This document shows, one piece after another, positions 40,171 to 44,769 of a stretch of DNA of 44,769 nucleotides. Position 1 is the stretch's first letter. Every line of letters begins with the position of its first letter. The position numbers and the translations under genes are program-made. Under the pieces are notes generated by a model that was given only the letters and a program-made list of their open reading frames with translations, was not told the origin of the DNA and did not search any database. This DNA comes from a virus (lineage: Duplodnaviria; Heunggongvirae; Uroviricota; Caudoviricetes), in IMG/VR virus record IMGVR_UViG_2909298281_000003; one strand, written 5' to 3'.

Positions 40171-40770
40171 ATGCGTAAACTTTATGCCGCCATTTTGTCC
40201 GCAGCCATTTGTCTGGCCGTATCCGGTGCGCCTGCATGGGCGTCTGAACATCAGTCCACGCTGAGCGCGGGGTATCTTCATGCCTCGACGAACGTTCCCG
40301 GCAGCGATGATCTGAACGGGATTAACGTGAAATACCGTTATGAGTTTACGGACACACTGGGGATGGTGACGTCATTCAGCTATGCAGGAGACAAGAATCG
40401 CCAGCTGACCCATTACAGCGATACCCGCTGGCATGAAGATTCCGTGCGTAACCGCTGGTTCAGCGTGATGGCGGGGCCGTCTGTGCGCGTGAATGAATGG
40501 TTCAGCGCGTATGCGATGGCGGGTGTGGCTTACAGCCGTGTGTCGACTTTCTCCGGGGATTATCTTCGCGTAACTGACAACAAGGGGAAAACGCACGATG
40601 TACTGACCGGAAGTGATGACGGTCGCCACAGCAACACGTCTCTGGCGTGGGGAGCTGGCGTGCAGTTTAACCCGACCGAATCCGTGGCCATTGATATTGC
40701 TTATGAAGGCTCCGGCAGTGGCGACTGGCGCACTGACGGTTTCATCGTGGGTGTCGGTTATAAGTTCTGA
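40171..40770 (+). CDS. lom: Outer-membrane protein Lom (Ail/Lom family moron)
   Basis: 199-aa ORF with signal peptide and C-terminal …GVGYKF beta-barrel terminus. Confidence 0.9.
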   Translation: MRKLYAAILSAAICLAVSGAPAWASEHQSTLSAGYLHASTNVPGSDDLNGINVKYRYEFTDTLGMVTSFSYAGDKNRQLTHYSDTRWHEDSVRNRWFSVMAGPSVRVNEWFSAYAMAGVAYSRVSTFSGDYLRVTDNKGKTHDVLTGSDDGRHSNTSLAWGAGVQFNPTESVAIDIAYEGSGSGDWRTDGFIVGVGYKF

Positions 40771-40797
40771 TTAGCCAGGTAACACAGTGTTATGACA

Positions 40798-40823
40798 GCC
40801 CGCCGGTTCAGGCGGGCTTTTTT
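40798..40823 (+). terminator. Rho-independent terminator after lom
   Basis: Stem gcccgcc/ggcgggc followed by TTTTTT. Confidence 0.65.
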
Positions 40824-40834
40824 GTGGGGTGAAT

Positions 40835-43800
40835 ATGGCAGTAAAGATTTCAGGTGTACTGAAAGACGGCACAGGAAAACCGGTACAGAACTGCACAATC
40901 CAGCTGAAAGCAAAACGTAACAGCACCACGGTGGTGGTGAACACGCTGGCCTCAGAAAATCCGGATGAAGCCGGGCGTTACAGCATGGACGTTGAGTACG
41001 GTCAGTACAGCGTTATTCTGTTGGTGGAAGGATTCCCGCCGTCACATGCCGGGACCATCACCGTGTATGAAGATTCTCAACCCGGTACGCTGAATGATTT
41101 TCTCGGTGCCATGACGGAGGATGATGCCCGTCCGGAGGCACTGCGCCGTTTTGAACTGATGGTGGAAGAGGTGGCGCGTAACGCGTCCGCGGTGGCACAG
41201 AACACGGCAGCCGCGAAGAAGTCAGCCAGTGATGCCAGCACATCAGCCCGTGAGGCGGCAACCCATGCGGCTGATGCTGCGGACTCAGCACGCGCAGCCA
41301 GCACGTCAGCCGGACAGGCCGCGTCGTCGGCTCAGTCAGCGTCTTCCAGCGCAGGAACGGCATCAACAAAGGCCACTGAAGCATCAAAAAGTGCTGCCGC
41401 TGCAGAGTCCTCAAAAAGCGCGGCGGCCACCAGTGCCGGTGCGGCGAAAACGTCAGAAACGAATGCTTCAGCGTCACAACAATCAGCAGCCACATCTGCA
41501 TCCACCGCGACCACGAAGGCATCAGAAGCTGCGACCTCGGCCCGGGATGCGGCGGCCTCAAAAGAAGCGGCAAAATCATCAGAAACGAACGCATCATCAA
41601 GCGCCAGTAGTGCAGCTTCCTCGGCAACGGCGGCAGGAAATTCCGCGAAGGCGGCAAAAACGTCCGAGACGAACGCCAGGTCTTCTGAGACGGCAGCGGG
41701 ACAGAGCGCCTCAGCTGCGGCAGGCTCAAAAACAGCGGCTGCGTCGTCTGCCAGTGCCGCGTCAACAAGTGCCGGGCAGGCCTCAGTCAGTGCCACCGCA
41801 GCCGGAAAATCGGCCGAAAGCGCCGCATCATCCGCTTCAACAGCCACAACGAAGGCTGGCGAAGCCGCTGAACAGGCCAGCGCAGCAGCGAGGTCTGCAT
41901 CCGCAGCGATGACATCCGAAACGAACGCGAAAGCCTCGGAAACCAGTGCAGAATCCTCAAAAATGGCAGCTGCATCGTCCGCCAGTTCGGCGGCGTCATC
42001 GGCATCATCTGCGTCTGCTTCAAAAGATGAGGCGAGCAGACAGGCATCAGCAGCGAAAGGCAGCGCCACGACGGCATCCACGAAGGCGACAGAGGCAGCT
42101 GGTAGTGCGACGGCGGCAGCTCAGAGCAAAAGTACGGCGGAATCCGCGGCAACGCGCGCCGAGACAGCAGCAAAACGGGCAGAGGATATTGCATCCGCCG
42201 TGGCGCTTGAGGATGCGAGCACGACGAAAAAGGGGATAGTACAGCTCAGCAGTGCGACCAACAGCACGTCTGAAACGCTGGCGGCAACGCCAAAGGCAGT
42301 AAAAGCAGCCAATGACAATGCTGAGAAACGTCTGCAGAAAGACCAGAACGGCGCTGATATACCCGATAAGGGACGCTTCCTGAACAACATTAACGCGGTC
42401 AGTAAAACAGACTTTGCTGATAAGCGTGGTATGCGTTATGTGCGGGTTAACGCTCCTGCAGGTGCAACATCTGGAAAATATTACCCTGTTGTTGTTATGC
42501 GTTCTGCTGGCTCAGTAAGCGAACTGGCATCAAGGGTCATTATCACCACGGCAACGCGAACCGCAGGCGATCCGATGAATAACTGCGAGTTTAACGGATT
42601 TGTTATGCCTGGTGGCTGGACTGACAGGGGGCGTTATGCTTATGGAATGTTCTGGCAATATCAAAACAATGAACGAGCCATCCACTCAATAATGATGAGT
42701 AATAAGGGCGATGATTTGCGCTCTGTGTTCTATGTTGATGGCGCTGCTTTCCCTGTTTTTGCGTTTATCGAAGATGGCCTGTCAATATCCGCACCTGGTG
42801 CTGATCTCGTTGTTAATGATACGACCTATAAGTTTGGGGCAACAAATCCGGCGACTGAATGTATCGCGGCGGACGTTATCCTTGATTTTAAGAGTGGGCG
42901 TGGTTTTTATGAGTCTCATTCGTTAATCGTTAACGATAACTTGTCGTGCAAAAAACTTTTTGCCACAGACGAAATTGTAGCGCGTGGTGGTAATCAGATT
43001 CGAATGATAGGTGGGGAGTATGGTGCATTATGGCGTAATGATGGCGCTAAAACTTACCTGCTGCTTACCAATCAAGGTGATGTTTATGGTGGCTGGAATA
43101 CATTAAGACCGTTTGCTATTGATAACGCAACCGGCGAACTGGTTATTGGAACCAAACTGTCCGCAAGTCTGAACGGTAATGCATTAACAGCAACAAAGCT
43201 GCAAACGCCAAGACTGGTTTCTGGTGTTGAGTTTGATGGTTCCAAAGATATTACTTTAACCGCCGCGCATGTGGCTGCTTTTGCCAGAAGGGCAACGGAT
43301 ACGTATGCCGATGCGGATGGGGGCGTTCCATGGAATGCCGAATCAGGCGCTTACAATGTCACCCGCTCTGGCGACAGCTATATTCTGGTTAACTTCTATA
43401 CCGGAGTCGGAAGTTGCCGGACCTTGCAGATGAAGGCACATTACAGAAATGGAGGTCTGTTCTACCGTTCCTCAAGAGATGGCTATGGTTTTGAGGAAGA
43501 CTGGGCAGAAGTTTATACCTCGAAAAATCTTCCACCAGAAAGCTACCCAGTCGGTGCACCAATCCCGTGGCCATCAGATACCGTTCCGTCTGGTTATGCC
43601 CTGATGCAGGGGCAGACTTTTGACAAATCTGCATACCCGAAACTTGCAGCCGCTTATCCGTCAGGCGTGATCCCTGATATGCGTGGCTGGACGATTAAGG
43701 GCAAACCTGCCAGTGGTCGTGCCGTATTGTCTCAGGAACAGGACGGCATTAAATCGCACACCCACAGCGCCAGCGCATCCAGTACGGATTTGGGGACGAA

Positions 43801-44188
43801 AACCACATCGTCGTTTGATTACGGCACTAAATCCACGAATAACACCGGGGCGCATACGCACAGTGTGAGCGGTACAGCCGCAAGTGCCGGAAACCATACT
43901 CATAGTGTCACAGGCGCATCAGCAGTCAGCCAGTGGTCACAAAATGGGTCAGTACATAAGGTAGTGTCTGCGGCCAGTGTGAATACAAGTGCTGCAGGAG
44001 CGCACACTCATAGTGTCAGCGGCACAGCCGCATCTGCAGGTGCTCACGCACATACTGTCGGTATTGGTGCTCATACGCACTCTGTTGCGATTGGCTCACA
44101 TGGACACACCATCACCGTTAACGCTGCTGGTAACGCGGAAAACACCGTCAAAAACATCGCATTTAACTACATTGTGAGGCTTGCATAA
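40835..44188 (+). CDS. stf: Side tail fibre protein Stf (long Ala/Ser/Thr-rich repeat shaft, His-rich C-terminal repeats)
   Basis: 1117-aa product [26 protein letters not shown]…; C-terminal HTHSVSG/HxH repeats. Confidence 0.9.
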   Translation: MAVKISGVLKDGTGKPVQNCTIQLKAKRNSTTVVVNTLASENPDEAGRYSMDVEYGQYSVILLVEGFPPSHAGTITVYEDSQPGTLNDFLGAMTEDDARPEALRRFELMVEEVARNASAVAQNTAAAKKSASDASTSAREAATHAADAADSARAASTSAGQAASSAQSASSSAGTASTKATEASKSAAAAESSKSAAATSAGAAKTSETNASASQQSAATSASTATTKASEAATSARDAAASKEAAKSSETNASSSASSAASSATAAGNSAKAAKTSETNARSSETAAGQSASAAAGSKTAAASSASAASTSAGQASVSATAAGKSAESAASSASTATTKAGEAAEQASAAARSASAAMTSETNAKASETSAESSKMAAASSASSAASSASSASASKDEASRQASAAKGSATTASTKATEAAGSATAAAQSKSTAESAATRAETAAKRAEDIASAVALEDASTTKKGIVQLSSATNSTSETLAATPKAVKAANDNAEKRLQKDQNGADIPDKGRFLNNINAVSKTDFADKRGMRYVRVNAPAGATSGKYYPVVVMRSAGSVSELASRVIITTATRTAGDPMNNCEFNGFVMPGGWTDRGRYAYGMFWQYQNNERAIHSIMMSNKGDDLRSVFYVDGAAFPVFAFIEDGLSISAPGADLVVNDTTYKFGATNPATECIAADVILDFKSGRGFYESHSLIVNDNLSCKKLFATDEIVARGGNQIRMIGGEYGALWRNDGAKTYLLLTNQGDVYGGWNTLRPFAIDNATGELVIGTKLSASLNGNALTATKLQTPRLVSGVEFDGSKDITLTAAHVAAFARRATDTYADADGGVPWNAESGAYNVTRSGDSYILVNFYTGVGSCRTLQMKAHYRNGGLFYRSSRDGYGFEEDWAEVYTSKNLPPESYPVGAPIPWPSDTVPSGYALMQGQTFDKSAYPKLAAAYPSGVIPDMRGWTIKGKPASGRAVLSQEQDGIKSHTHSASASSTDLGTKTTSSFDYGTKSTNNTGAHTHSVSGTAASAGNHTHSVTGASAVSQWSQNGSVHKVVSAASVNTSAAGAHTHSVSGTAASAGAHAHTVGIGAHTHSVAIGSHGHTITVNAAGNAENTVKNIAFNYIVRLA

Positions 44189-44769
44189 TGGCATTCAGAA
44201 TGAGTGAACAACCACGGACCATAAAAATTTATAATCTGCTGGCCGGAACTAATGAATTTATTGGTGAAGGTGACGCATATATTCCGCCTCATACAGGTCT
44301 GCCAGCAAACAGTACCTATATTGCACCGCCAGATATTCCGGCTGGCTTCGTGGCTGTTTTCAACAGTGATGAGTCATCGTGGCATCTCGTTGAAGATCAT
44401 CGGGGTAAAACGGTTTATGACGTGGCTTCCGGCGACGCGTTATTTATTTCTGAACTCGGCTCATTACCGGAAAATGTTACCTGGTTATCGCCGGAAGGGG
44501 AGTTTCAGAAGTGGAACGGCACAGCCTGGGTGAAAGATGCAGAAGCAGAAAAACTGTTCCGGATCCGGGAGGCGGAAGAAACAAAAAACAGCCTGATGCA
44601 GGTAGCCAGTGAGCATATTGCGCCACTTCAGGATGCTGTAGATCTGGAAATCGCAACGGAGGAAGAAACCTCATTGCTGGAAGCCTGGAAAAAGTATCGG
44701 GTGTTGCTGAACCGTGTTGATACATCAACTGCACCTGATATTGAGTGGCCTGTAATACCTGAAGTTTAA
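44188..44769 (+). CDS. tfa: Tail fibre assembly protein Tfa
   Basis: 193-aa ORF, start overlaps the stf stop (TAATG); ends with a stop at the window edge. Confidence 0.85.
   Translation: MAFRMSEQPRTIKIYNLLAGTNEFIGEGDAYIPPHTGLPANSTYIAPPDIPAGFVAVFNSDESSWHLVEDHRGKTVYDVASGDALFISELGSLPENVTWLSPEGEFQKWNGTAWVKDAEAEKLFRIREAEETKNSLMQVASEHIAPLQDAVDLEIATEEETSLLEAWKKYRVLLNRVDTSTAPDIEWPVIPEV

Noticed and set aside
41058-42390. Several long ORFs on both strands inside stf (e.g. 41332-42081 minus, 41229-41912 plus)
   Set aside because: Artefacts of the repetitive GC-rich Ala/Ser codon tract; translations are low complexity.

Overview
This window is an almost complete lambdoid prophage of the E. coli type, running from the integrase stop codon (position 1) to the tail-fibre assembly gene (ends 44769). 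Layout: int/xis and a minus-strand early-left operon resembling yfdPQRST of CPS-53/KplE1 (about 1-5924); an immunity region with a CI-type repressor, Cro and CII-like genes flanked by CTAAG-N4-CTTAG operator palindromes (about 7059-8651); an O-like replication gene with internal iterons, then RusA, KilA-N, DUF968 and antiterminator Q (8996-13340); an NmpC/Lc-type porin on the opposite strand; a phage-21/DLP12-type lysis cassette (S21-like holin, SAR endolysin, Rz/Rz1), bor and small lambda-like ORFs; then cos and a lambda-like morphogenesis block (Nu1, A, W, B, C, D, E, FI, FII, Z, U, V, G/T, H, M, L, K, I, J, lom, stf, tfa). The prophage looks crippled: an IS21-family element splits the integrase, an IS66-family element with an 8-bp target duplication splits terminase gene A, and single-base losses in C-runs frameshift Rz/Rz1, J and the IS66 transposase. 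The least explained parts are a plus-strand coiled-coil/zinc-ribbon gene in the immunity region and the GC-rich non-coding stretch beside it. All homology calls are from reading the ORF translations and recalling protein families; nothing was searched or computed beyond frame arithmetic.
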